Shown piece after piece: positions 51,944 through 64,000 of a DNA stretch of 64,000 nt; within the stretch, counting starts at the first letter, position 1, and each line of letters starts with the position of its first letter. Origin of the DNA: Eledone cirrhosa (taxonomy: Eukaryota); contig OZ024741.1 of NCBI GenBank assembly GCA_964016885.1, forward strand, positions 148,242,001-148,306,000, written 5' to 3'. A program made the translations under genes and the position numbers. The notes under the pieces were generated by a model. The model was not told the origin of the DNA and did no database searches. It saw only the letters and a program-made list of their open reading frames with translations.

Positions 51944-54900
51944 TTAGTTTGCACCAGTTGATCCAAAACCTCCCTCACCTCGCAATGTATTGTCTAAATT
52001 CTATAAAATGAAAAAGGAAAACATCAAAAAGTTTTAGTCTCAAAATATGCTATTTTTTTTCAAATCCATAAAAATACAGAAATGCATGACAACTGTTAAT
52101 TACAACTTACTTCACATTCTTCCAGATCTGCAATGTAAATTCTCTCTAACAGTAATTGTGCAATGCGGTCACCTTTCTTGACTGATAAAAACAAGAATTC
52201 AAATGTTTAGTATCTTTACTTTTGGGTAGATCTTAGAAATAACTTTTAACATGATGTAATCATAGTTACTTTTTGTACTTTTCAAGTATCTCTTGCTAAT
52301 GCAGTTTTATGTGAACAGAATATTAAAAGTTAAAAAGAAACAGGTTTTTATTTTAAGCTAAAAACAGTATAATAAAGAAATGATAACATCTGAAAGGTTT
52401 GAGTAGGTACCCTTTAAAATGGGCGTTTTTGTTTCATTAAAAAAGATGGTTTGTATTAAACGGGTTAAAACAATCCTTGATATACAACCACACAGGTCAG
52501 CTAAACCTATGCAAGTATTAGCTGTCGCAAGATCCCATAACATTAAAATGTCCCTGATGAAGACCCAAAGAACCAGTCTTATGAAAAATGCACTTCTTAA
52601 ACTCTCAAATTAATTTCTTACAGTAAGATATAAAACTTGCCATGAGCCATGTTGGAATTCACCAGTCTTAGAGAAGGCTAGACAAGAGGCATGGTTAAAT
52701 GTTTCAGTTGAAACAAGCATCTTAACCTTTTCTTTACTGTATTTCTGACGAAATATACTAGGTTTCAGTTAATTTTGAAATTAACCAAAAAATTTGGAAG
52801 AGTTTAATAACTTTTCAGGAGTAGATTTTTATCATGAATCTCAGGTGGTTTGGTTTCAAAAGGGTTCAGGCTATTTCCTCCTGCTAAAGCAGAGATCAGC
52901 CTGATGGCCACCCTGACAGGCTTGATACTATGGATACCTTGTAGTTTTGTCAGGGTTTCAATTATGACAACTCCAGAAAGATTTTGTCAGCCCACAAAAC
53001 AAAGAAGAAAAGGTTCAACCTACTTATAAAATCAACATCAGAAAAATTGAAAAGAACAACTCCAACATTTCCTCTGTAGTCTTGATCAACAACACCAGCT
53101 GAAAGGGAAAATACAAAGACAGCTGTTAATTGTTTTTGTCACAACTTGATGTTTGATTAATTTCAGAAATGCACCCTCACTCCTCAAAAGTAAATATTGA
53201 TTTCCATACAAGAGAATTATGTTATATCAGAGACAATTGGCACGAGTTTCATAAACATAGTAATCCAATTTTGTTTACATAGCAGCCAATGGTACATATG
53301 AGCTACATATAATTGGTATGTGTACAATGTGACACTGCAAAATTGTTTTAGACATTATATATTAAAAGAAAAGGCTTACCTCCAACATCAATGAAATTCT
53401 TTATGGCCAATCCTGAACGAGGAGCTACAAAATAAAAATATACTACAGTTGAGTCAATGGCTGACAACTATACAAAAAAAAATGCATGAGGTCTCTTCAA
53501 CTATCATGGACCCTCTCTCTCAAGGTGACAAAATACATCCAATACAGTAATTTGGTTGGTGATGACCTGTGAAGAAACATCAAAACTTTCCTAAAATGGA
53601 CATTAAATGATGTTTCATAGGTTGAGAAACATCAAAATGACAAGACTAAAGAGCTCAATACTAATAAGTCATGGCTTGTTTAACCCCTCTCATTACAATA
53701 TTTCTCATGAAATTCATTTTCAATTAATTTTTAAAACAACCAAGAATGTTAATGGTTAAGTAAAATAAACTTGACATTATTAAATTGGTGTTTATGACAG
53801 AAAGATTAAAGTTATATAAACTTTAAATATCCTTGGTTCTAAGATACAAGACTTGTTTTAGTGTTTATATTTAAGAATTGTACATCATGATTTTATGTAA
53901 GAACTCTTGTTAAGTTATATTCCCTGCATTAACTTAAAAGAGTAATGTTACTACCTCTTTAAATTTTCCATTGTTTACAAAATTATAGTCAGTATCTTTC
54001 ATTAGAAATACGATCATGAAAGGGTTTAAAGGTTGTTTCTAGAGCAGATACAGTGACTTACCCACTCGTCCATAACAGTCAGGAGGCACAGCTATTTGAA
54101 TATCTGTCTTTGCCAACAATTTTCCCTTAGAAGGAATTGTGTAGTCATAGGCACTAAAATAAAGTTTAAAAGAAATATTTATTGTCGCTTTTTATTTACA
54201 ACAAAGTATAGTAATCAATATTCAGGAATTAAATTCAACTTGTATTTTATGGTAGTGCTTTATGCCAGGAGCCAACAAATTTTGAAATGGACCAAACTGA
54301 GAATGCTTTTACAGTTCGAGGTTAAGGCGAATATAAATATTGAAGACTTGATTCCGGAAATACCGTGCCTTCAAATAGATTGAATATTTTATTTTATTTT
54401 TCATATAAACGTTTAACAGATCGGATGACTGGAACAACCTGTTTCCAATTTTTTTACAATTGCCGGAAAACATTAAGAAAGTATTTAATGTAGGATACTT
54501 ATTCCGAAAGCCCACTGAATTTTGCCCCAATGGGGATGTAGTTTGGCGACCTTTGCTTTATTACAGAGTTCTAAAATCAAAAGATCGCAGTATAATCTCT
54601 TCTCCACACGGATCAATTACTACCCACATTGTGAAAAGTTATGTCCCTTCTGTTATTAGCAGTACATATTCTAACAATTGGAACGTAAAATTAATAACGT
54701 AGCTGAATATAAACAGTAATAATAAACAAAACAAAAAAAACTTTCAGTGTAGAAACGTTTTATCATTTTTTTTAGTGTCTTAGCGCCCCGACCGTGTTGT
54801 CTTATATTTTAAAATTAAATTTAGGAGAGATACGTTCCAAAAGACATTTGTCAGCCGCTCTCCAGCTATCTATTTAAAGTTGTACATAGCTATGGCGCGG

Positions 54901-57900
54901 CCACACTTAAAATTTGCATCACCAGTTTGGAACCCCTATCTTGCTCAGAACATTGACCGCCCGAAACTGTTCAGAGACGTGCAAAAAAGCGAATACCCTC
55001 CATCAGGCATCTACCATAATCTGAACGTCTTGATTCCCTGGGCATGGATTCATTGAAGCTCATACGTCTGGCAACTGACTTGGTAAACACCCACAAAATT
55101 ATTAACCATCTTGTCAACAACAACCCTGAGTACCTTTTTGATTTCCATGTGTCTAACAGACGTGGGCATGCCCACAAAGTCAGAAAACAGCACAGTTCCC
55201 ATGACTTTCGGAAACATTTTTTCACGCTCAGAGTTGCTGAAGCATGGAACAAACTACCTGCATCAGTTGTTAGCTGCCGAGACGCTGCATCCTTTAAAAC
55301 CCTCATGCTTCCCGAAATTCGCCAACACTACACCTAATACACACGCACACATGTATATCATGACTCATACACTATTCACTTCCCTGACATTTGTACATGA
55401 CTCATACACTATTCACTTCCCTGACATTTGTATATTATTCTATGTACTATACATGCACCTTTGGTGAGCTGTAGTGCACCTGAGCACTGTACACAATAAT
55501 TTCATTATTATTATTATATAAATTACCATCATGTAGATTAAAAACGTTTCTAATACTTTCATGATTGAATACTTTCGATTTGTATTTGTTGGAAGCTAAA
55601 TGTAAATTCAATTTCATATTAATAATCTATATATAATATAAAAGAAAGATGCTTTTTGGTTGGTTGGTTGGATCACACAAAAACTACACACATATAAGAG
55701 ATAGACCCTTATACAGAGAGAGAGAGAGACGTCCCACAACAGTTGAAGGTTTAACAATATTGCGTTAGCTTTTATAAAATAGTTTTACAGTCTTTGATTT
55801 TACAGAACAAAGAAAAATTGATACTACTTGAAATTAATCTACTCGCCAGCTTTTATCCATATATTACAGTCCGTACTAACGAAACAACACTTCAGAAGCA
55901 ATGTTATGTGGTATATTGCTGCGTTTCAGATGACGCCCTTTGGAGCTTAAAAAGATTATACTGACTATGGTTATTTCACATTAAAAATCCAAGGCCAATG
56001 TTACCATTTAATCGGCAGTTTACTGTCACAGCCGAATGAAGTTTTATGATAGTTTTTTTTTGTCCCTCTTACACACATCACGGTTTCACCTCATACCAGA
56101 CAACACATCCAACACAGTTGTTTTTTTTCTTTTATCCGTCTTCCCAGGCGAAGCCGGGTACCTCAGCTAGTGAATAATAAATCAGGATAATAGATTTTCT
56201 ACAGAAAACTGAATTGTAAAAGAAAATTTTTTAAATTTCATTATAAAAACATAAATTAAAGTTATCAGGAAACAAAGTAGTGAGGGGTGGTAGCACTAAA
56301 CTAGTTTTATGCAATAAATTAACTTATTACAAGATGGAAAAAGTTCATTATTCGACATTTCATCATTTTCAAAAATTGTTTTATTCAATAAAACAACTAC
56401 CACAAGAAGGCAGGTGCCTTTATCCGATTTATACCATGTCTAAGGATGGCTGAAATAAGAAAATGAAAATATTTCGAAGCATTCACTGGATTAACATCGC
56501 ATGCCCCAAAAAGCACATATGACGAGAATGCGCCGAGTATATACACAATACCACACAGGACAATTTACTGAATTTATTTTATACCAAAACCGATTAAAAA
56601 TATATTTTGTTTAATTAAGTTATTACTTGTGATATTTAAAGAAAATGTGACATTTTAAGTTCGCCAAATTTGTGATTCTCCCGCGAGATTTAATTTCCAT
56701 TCATGTAAATGCAACCTTAACCGCTTTGTGTTGACGATGTACCTAGCACTCCCGCCAAATTTCCCGGAAGACACCCATACGTACTTCCGAAGTTCTTATT
56801 CTTTTAAAATATTATCCAAATTGCATTTACTCCTCACCCACTACATATTATTTTAAATATATAATATATATATAAATTCCTTGGAGATGTTTTTTGTTTT
56901 TTTTTAAATTTAAAGTGAAAGGTATTTTCGATTGCTAACGGCCTGATGTTTATGAAGGAAAAGGCCGATTGGGAGAGAAGAAACAGTGAAATGGTATTCC
57001 CAGAATATTTGTGCAATCATGTTCATCTTGTAGGTTAGAACCATCTGGGTTGTCCAGAAGTGATGGCAAAAGACCTGACAACCTTACCCTGTGACCGTGG
57101 TCGAAAGGCAGGTACATTGTCTTGAACGCACTGTTGGTGACCTTTTTGCTCTTTCCCACATCCTGGATGCTGCGGTTAGGACGAGAACCACATCTTCCAC
57201 AGCCGAGCGGAGTAAGACCCTCAAATACTGTGACCTGTCGGCCAGCTACATTTTTCAGCCTGTGGCTTTTGAGACGTTTGGGGTTGTCGGCCCGCTGACT
57301 GCGAGGTTCCAATCTTCACTGGCGGCTCGCCTAATAGAGGTAACTGGCGAATCTCGCGAGTGCGCTTGGTTGTTCCAGCGCATCAGCCTCGCCATCACCC
57401 GAGGCAACGCTGCGAGTGTGCTGGCTTGCCTCAAAAATCATTAGAGAGGTTGCCCGGTACTCCTCGCGGCGTTGCTGTCTTTTGCTCTGGTGTTGGCTCC
57501 GTTGTTCACCCCTTCTTTTACATTTTCTTTAATATTGTAACATTAAAAGAATATATCTTTCTGAAAGAATCGCGAGCAATTTGTGGTGTCTGGGCATTTG
57601 TAGTGTTGTTTATGTATGTGTTTGAAACATTTATGTTATTCTATTGTAAATTTATTTATACGCTCTGTATAATAAAAATATAACTCTTGTAGGTAGTGGA
57701 GTGGTTGTTGAAACAGACGTAAAATAATTCAATAGGCAAACATTTACAATGAATAAATACATTTCACTTTTCCTTATATATCTAAAGCGAAACATCACCA
57801 CTTTCATGTAAATCTAACTTAAAATAACTTTAAAATATAAAAAAAATACCAATGTGCACTTAATTTTCTCTAGACTCTTCCAATTATTTATATATTGCTT

Positions 57901-58416
57901 GAGATTGACTGGCTCATTGTATAACGGATCTAATTTTGATGACGCATTTCATACATAGTTGCTGAAGCATGGAACAAACTACCTGCATCAGTTGTTAGGT
58001 GCCGAGACACAGCATCCTTTAAAACCTCCATGCTTCCTGAAATTCGCCAACACTACACCTGATATCCCACCTCCATACACACGCACATATGTATATCATA
58101 AATCATACACTGTTCACCTTCCTGACATTTGTACATTATTTTATATACTATAAGTGCTCCTTTGATAAGCTGTAGTGCACCTGAGCACTGTACACAATAA
58201 TTTCGTTATTATTATTATACTGACCACCACAGGTATGTTGCAATTTGTGCGACATATAAAATGCGTGTCAGAGACAATTATTAAATATATAAATATAATA
58301 CATTAACAATAAAATTACCTATAGAGATCATATCCAGCAGCTTCTGCCGATCCTCGGGTTGGGACGTATGCATTAGGAGTAAGCTTGGCAAATTTCAAAA
58401 TTTGTTTAGCAGGCAT
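51944..58416 (-). CDS. DUT: Deoxyuridine 5'-triphosphate nucleotidohydrolase (dUTPase), 145 aa; exons 58319-58416, 54062-54153, 53380-53424, 53024-53098, 52111-52181, 51944-52000
   Basis: The spliced protein is [145 protein letters not shown]. All five dUTPase motifs are present ([34 protein letters not shown]); 438 nt, GT-AG introns, consistent phases. Confidence 0.97.
54885..55517 (+). mobile_element. CR1-type LINE 3' fragment in DUT intron 1
   Basis: [23 protein letters not shown] and [17 protein letters not shown]; (ATT)n tail. Confidence 0.88.
55626..56170 (+). mobile_element. Non-autonomous Helitron
   Basis: A|TC start at 55626; 3' hairpin CCCAGGCGAAGCCGGG, 8 nt, then CTAG|T at 56167-56171. 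Confidence 0.8.
57020..57680 (+). mobile_element. RLE-type (CRE-like) non-LTR retrotransposon 3' end
   Basis: [39 protein letters not shown] and [13 protein letters not shown]; 3' UTR ending in AATAAA. Confidence 0.8.
57957..58218 (+). mobile_element. CR1 3' end fragment
   Basis: Homologous to 55232-55517. Confidence 0.85.
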
Positions 58417-58939
58417 TTCGCAGTAGTACGACTACTATCAACGTAAATGAAATTTAGCGCGCTTTGAATGAAGCTGGCGAGCAGTTAAAGCATACAATTT
58501 CCGGTTCCGATGAAAAAAAAATTATATATATATATATGTTTGGAGTTCAAATCCTGCCGAAGTAAGCTTTGCTTCTCAGTCTAACGGAGTCGATATATTA
58601 AAGTAGCGATAATGCACTGGGTTGATTTAATCGACTTTCCCCTTGCTTTCAAATTGCTGGCCTTGTGTCAAATTAGCCCTTTATTCATGTTTTGTGTTGA
58701 AAAATATTTTTTAATTTTTCTTACTGGCTGCTTTACACTAAAGTCAGTTGGATAAGAGATAAGGATACCAATGAAGATGTAGGATTCGAATTGAAGTTCA
58801 ATTTTTAAGTAGTTAAAAAATGTTTATTAAACTAAAGAGAAAATGCGATAAAAACTGTACAATATAAATAGCAAGAAGGAAAAGAAAGAGAAGGAAAAAA
58901 ATTAAGCAACGAGAGAAAGGGAAAGTGGGGGAGCGACAG

Positions 58940-59425
58940 ACTCTCCACTCCAGTTTCAGTGGTATGTTTCATCTGCACCCTGTGGACAAAATGGCGAAGG
59001 CAATGCTGCAGAGAATGGCCAGCGACACCCACTACAACAGCCACCCCTCCTCGCGGGGCTCCTTCCTCAGACAGGCTGGTGTCTTTCCGATTTGAGGAAG
59101 GAAATCAGCAGTTCGAGGACCAAGAATACCCGAGGTCTCGACAGTGACCAGTGCAATAAAGAAGCAGTTGGTCAAGCTTTGGTATTTGTTTATTTTCTCT
59201 GCATTGCGGGCAGCTGTGCCCAGGTTTGCAATCAAAGCAACAAGGTGGAGACTTCTGGCGTCCTTGGCCCTAGGGCTACGTCCCTACTCACCACCATAGG
59301 CACTGAGTTGGCCAGCCGCAGGTGTGAGCCTCGCTGGAGTGGCTTTTCCCTTGCTGTCCTCCGGGGAAACGCCTTCTCTATTCTGACCGCCAGGGTTGGG
59401 GGGAGGGGGACGCATCGCGAATAAT
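58940..59425. mobile_element. Two RLE-type non-LTR 3' fragments joined in inverted orientation
   Basis: Minus 58940-59240 reads KINKYQSL..VETSGILGP; plus 59242-59425 reads VETSGVLGP..SLAVLRGNA. Confidence 0.7.
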
Positions 59426-59702
59426 TCCATATTTAGTTGTGGTCAGTGTGTGTGTGTTTGTATATATTGCTTTTCTTTTCATTCAGCATCATGTCATTCT
59501 TCATTGCTTTTATGTAATGTATGATGTATAATAAAAAAAAAAAAAAAAAGCAACAAGGTTGGAGGTGGCATCCCATAGCGCCTGTCAAGGGAACTGACAT
59601 GGTGGAATGATAGCAGGTGCATTTCAAACTCATCAACGATGACTTCACAATGGCATTTGTATGGTTCACACGTGGAGGCTGAAGTACTGGGTTACTCAAA
59701 TG

Positions 59703-60961
59703 AACAAGGGTCAGCTGAAAAGTTCATAGGCAGACCAAGATATTTTTATGGAATGTGAGCAGATGTGGTTTATTTTTCAAAATAATCCCCCTTGCAGTCC
59801 ACAAAAAATATCTTCCAGCAAAGCTGCAGTGCTTGGATCCCATTGATGAAGAAGCTTTCATCCTGTTGGTCAAAAAGTCATCAACAGTAGATATGGCGTC
59901 ATCATCTTTGTGATTCTGGTTCCTAGCCAAGTGTTTTTTCATGTTGGGGAACAGATGATAGTCAGCTGGGACCAAATCAGGAGAATAAGGAGGGTGATCA
60001 ACCAGTTCAAAGCCACAGTCATGCACAGCAGTCATTGAAACCAAGGACTTGTGTGCTGGAGCATTGACCTGATGAAACCACACCCCTTGCATCAGTTTTC
60101 CTAGGCATTTGGTCTTGATAGTCTTTCATAACTGCCTCGGCAAGTTAGTTTAGTACTATCCATTAATAGTGTGGCCCTTTTGAAGATAATCAATAAACCC
60201 AATACCTTTTGCACCCCCAAAAACTGAGGCCATCACCTTCCCTGCAGATGAAACGACCTTGGCTTTCTTTGGAGCAGGTGAGGAGGGGTGTTTCCACTGC
60301 ATGGATTGTCTCTTTGTCTCTGGCTCAAAGTGATGAACAGAACACTCATGCTGGGTTAAGGAAACCAGCTGGATCTGCCTCAAACAATGTCAAATTTCAT
60401 CGTGATGTGATCAGCCTGGTGCACTTTTGATCAGGTGTCAGAAGATGTGATACCCACCAAGCAGAAGCCTTCATCATACCAAATTCATTGTTCACAATAT
60501 TCTCGCGTGATATGCATTGGCTATTTAATTTATAGTCAATCGCCTGTCATCCATCACCGTTTGGTGAACATGGTCAAGTTATCCTTGGTGGTGGCAGTTG
60601 CAAGACGTTCAGGCCTTAGGTAATCTTCAAGACCCTCCTTTCCCCTCCTAAATTCAGCTGCCCACTCTTGCACTGTTGATAAAGCTGGAGTGTCATCCCC
60701 TAATGTAGCAACAATGTCAGCATGAATATCCTTGGAGGCTAAACCCTTTTTCTGCAGGTACTTGATGCCAAATTTTGTCTATTTTCAAGAGAAATTGCTA
60801 CTAGTTACTTTTGTTTGAATTGAACAGTCAGATATCAGTTTACCTGGAAATAAACAGTGTTGTTATTAATAAGAAGAGTTGAAATTAATGCATGCAAGAT
60901 TTCACTGCTCTAGCATCACTCCTTCATAGTCAGCCTACGAACTTTTCAGCCCACCCACATA
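59703..60961 (-). mobile_element. mariner (Tc1/mariner) transposon, full-length but decayed
   Basis: TIRs GCTGAAAAGTTCATAGGCAGAC / GTCAGCCTACGAACTTTTCAGC. Transposase motifs HHFEPETKRQSMQW, KVMASVF, HQVNAPAH and HPPYSPDLVPADYHLF. Length ~1.26 kb. Confidence 0.92.
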
Positions 60962-60999
60962 AATGCACTCATCATCAAGAAGGGTATAGGTTGATGAGG

Positions 61000-62900
61000 A
61001 GGGCACCAAACAGAGCTACATGCTGCTGTTTGGCAGTGAGGTGTAATGTAGGTAGGCAAGATGGCATTGGTCTAAGAAAGACTTGATCGGCCTCATGGTT
61101 GACTTGTACTTTATATGTCATCCCAGTTGCATTGGTCATCTGCATACTGGGGACAGCAAGGCCTTCGTCTATCCACTCAGCCAGAGCTGACTCCAATTCT
61201 TGACCACGTCAGGTTCTGCCATCTTGTGGAGGACCTAGCAGATGAGGATGAAGCTGGAGGTGATTGAGGTTAAGTAGACCAGCAATGCTAGGTCAGAAGT
61301 GGCTCAGAGGCCGAGGTCACCAAATTTGAGTCTGCAGAGCTGATGTTCTTCCTTTTCCCCTCTCTCCTCGACACCAGGGCGTCACTTACTTCTGCCACTG
61401 CAGTGGTGAAGTACCCATACCTCCTCGTCACACTCTCCTCAGTCTCACCTGTTACTAGCCAGTGTTGTTGAATTGCAGATGAATTCAACACAAGCATTGG
61501 ATGGTGGTGTTGAGCTTGATCAGACAATCCACATGAGGGTGGCAAGGTGCATCACAAAGCATGAAGAGGAATTTGGAGAGGGCAAAACAGTTCCTCAGAA
61601 GGAAAAGCACTGGATGCACGCCAATGAAGTACAATCTATCCATCACCCTCATAAGGTTAGTATGCTTGGTCTCCAGGCACTCTTGTATGGCTTTTGAGAG
61701 GATTTGAAATTTGAGAATGTAAGCATCTCCTTTTGATGTTAGCCAAGTCCTAGTCAGTATAGGTTGGATGCTGAGTTAATCATCTTGAAATTCAGCCTCA
61801 CTGTAGCCAACAGTTATCACCTTGGACTTGAACAAGTTGATCTCATGTCTGAGGAGATGTAGGGCTGGAATGACTTGTTGTAGGTCATCAATGACAGACT
61901 CAACCAAGCCACCCAGAGTCATATTGAAGGGTGAGCAGACTGAATGGGAAGTCATTGACAGTCAACGCAAAGAGATGTGGGCCATGTGTGTCATTTTGCT
62001 AGAAACCTGAGGTGGAAGTAGCCTTGTTGCTAACTGCAATAAATATGTTGTGTGTCCCATAAGAGAGGTGTGCAAGAGGGAACTTCTCTTAGACATGTCT
62101 CTAAGATGTGATCCCACTGAACCTTAAAGGTATTTTTGCATGTCCACTAAAAGTTCTCTGTGAAATGTCTGGCTGCATCTGCACTTAACTCCTACTCCAA
62201 GTTGGATAGGGCTTAGTACCTTGCTCAAATCATCCCTGACTGACCTGCCAGCTATCTAGGCTGGAAGTCATTGAAAGACATTACCCACTGCAATGAGTCT
62301 GATGCTTCTATCATTCTACTTCAACATAATCAAGTTGGCTGAGAAAAAAAGATCACAGACGTGGTGTGATGTCAGCATGGAGAAGATTGTTTGTTGGAAC
62401 AGTAACCAACCAGAGTAGACATACTACCACTTCAGCAGTGTGTGGCAAGATTAGATTTCTTAGGTGGCCAGGTTACAGGCCATCTACTCTGCCACTGCTG
62501 CTCCTTTGGAAGGATTTCAAGGCCGCTATCATGTCTCCACAGGAAGTGGTCAGGCAATGTCACAGGCAGGGGCTTGGAAATCTCTGATATCAGCTGAGTG
62601 GTGGTGGTGGTGGGGGAGATGCTTAAGGTGGAGAGCAGCTAGTGGGCCGGAGTAATGTTTTGCTCAAAGCCAGCTCACAGACCACAGCAGAAACGTCACC
62701 CTCAATTAGTTTACAATTGATCTGGTTATGTAAACATATCATACAATCAGAAGAGGGCTGCATGTGTGGTGTTGGCATAGGTGAACAGCAGGAGAGAAGG
62801 GAAAGGCTAGTTGCCTGAGGTGGGAGATCACTACCAAGACCTCATCTGGGCGTAGAGAGGTTAGGTAATGGATTTCATGAAAGGGTTGATAGTGTAAAAT
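61000..62900 (-). mobile_element. Heavily decayed LINE relic (APE/RT)
   Basis: GC-richer, decayed coding-like composition with fragments such as LLLFTYAN, AGFEQT and RPITSSPSTI-like segments. Clade not assignable by eye. Confidence 0.4.
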
Positions 62901-63767
62901 GTTTCTTGACTTCTATATTGTTGCTTGATCTGCAAGACAATGCTGCTGAATCTTTTTTGAATCACAACCAATCCTCTTAACCCTTTTGTTACCATATTAC
63001 TAAATACAGATATTCCACAAAGAAAGATCAACTTTTATCTATCTACTCTCAGCTGAACTCCTGTATTAATAATTCTATCTAACATAGGCACAGGGACAGC
63101 AATTTGGGGGATGGGTTGGTTAAATCAACTCCAGTACTTGACTGATACTTTATTTTATTGACTCTGGAAAGGTGATAGGCATAGTTGACCTTGGCAAGAT
63201 ATAAACTCAATAAATACCTCAATGACATTTTACTTGACATTCTATCAATCATACCAATCCATCCAGCCTTAACTTCTGTATGATGATGCCATCAAGTTAC
63301 CAGCAGAGACGGTCACATTTTATTGCCCTACTTTTATATAAGATCCATTGAACTATGTTCAACTCCTACATGAACTCTTGACTATCACTTGTCCACAATG
63401 GGCTACAGTACAAGTCCTATAATACCTCACCAAATGACTGCATTTGTTTGCTTACAGTGATGTAGTTAAGAAACCACTTCAAACACTCAGTGCCGTCTAA
63501 GGGGTTGGGGTGGGGATGATGCACATTTATGTATTCTGTGGTTATGTAGGTAAGGGTCCCAGTACATTGCGTCGCCTATAGCCCTATAATGTTGATAAGA
63601 CTGTCCTGAAGATGTCTGATACAGTACTACTTAGTTCTGTTGTGCAGAACTCTCAAGTCTTTTGTCCTGAAAATACTTAGTAGGTAAGATGGTGTTAACA
63701 TTGATCCTCTAAGGCCAGCACATTGAGAAAGTTAACAGTACTTCAACCAACCAGCTGTGAAGGTGAT

Positions 63768-63900
63768 GGATTAGTGGTTAGCGTATTTAGCTCACAATCA
63801 TAAGATTATGAGTTTTATTTGTGGCAATGCATTGTGCCTTTGAACAAAACACTTTATTTCAGTTGACCAAATTGAGTTGTGCCTGTAATTCAAAAGGCCA
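63768..63900 (+). mobile_element. Degenerate SINE of the 49499 family
   Basis: TGGATTAGTGGTTAGCG..TGAGTT..CTTTGAACAAAACACTTTATTTCA. Confidence 0.55.
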
Positions 63901-64000
63901 GCCTTATCACCTGCAAGAAAGGTCTCTGTGAGTGGTGCAAGTTTAGGTAGCAAAGAGGGAGCCCGAATACAGATCCTTCATAATTAAGTAACTGCAGTGT

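Noticed and set aside
52553-52600. CTGATGA-AGAC...GTCT-TATGAAA hammerhead-like motif in a DUT intron
   Set aside because: Extra bases lie before GAAA and no stem I or stem III pairing could be found.
58417-58500. Upstream ATG for a mitochondrial DUT isoform
   Set aside because: The ATG at 58493 is out of frame and followed immediately by TAA.

Overview
AT-rich, repeat-dense animal genomic DNA with spliced genes. The SINE, RTE and Penelope repertoire suggests an octopod cephalopod, which is an inference. Four genes can be rebuilt from GT-AG splice sites. (1) A + strand miniature alpha/epsilon-sarcoglycan-like membrane protein (13809-16158) with no signal peptide or cadherin-like ectodomain. 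(2, 3) Two intact, divergently oriented RPS27 (eS27) paralogues (- strand 17893-23165; + strand 31808-42546) that differ at one residue. (4) A complete six-exon dUTPase gene (- strand 51944-58416). The rest is mostly mobile DNA: a Penelope-like RT, RTE, CR1 and RLE-type LINE fragments, tRNA-derived SINEs, Gypsy relics and a solo LTR, non-autonomous Helitrons, mariner, hAT relics and MITEs. The most unusual signal is a set of minimal type-I hammerhead-ribozyme motifs embedded in fold-back elements inside (TA)n arrays. One is a 544-bp palindrome between the two RPS27 genes that carries a hammerhead on each strand. All calls come from manual reading; no searches or folding programs were run.
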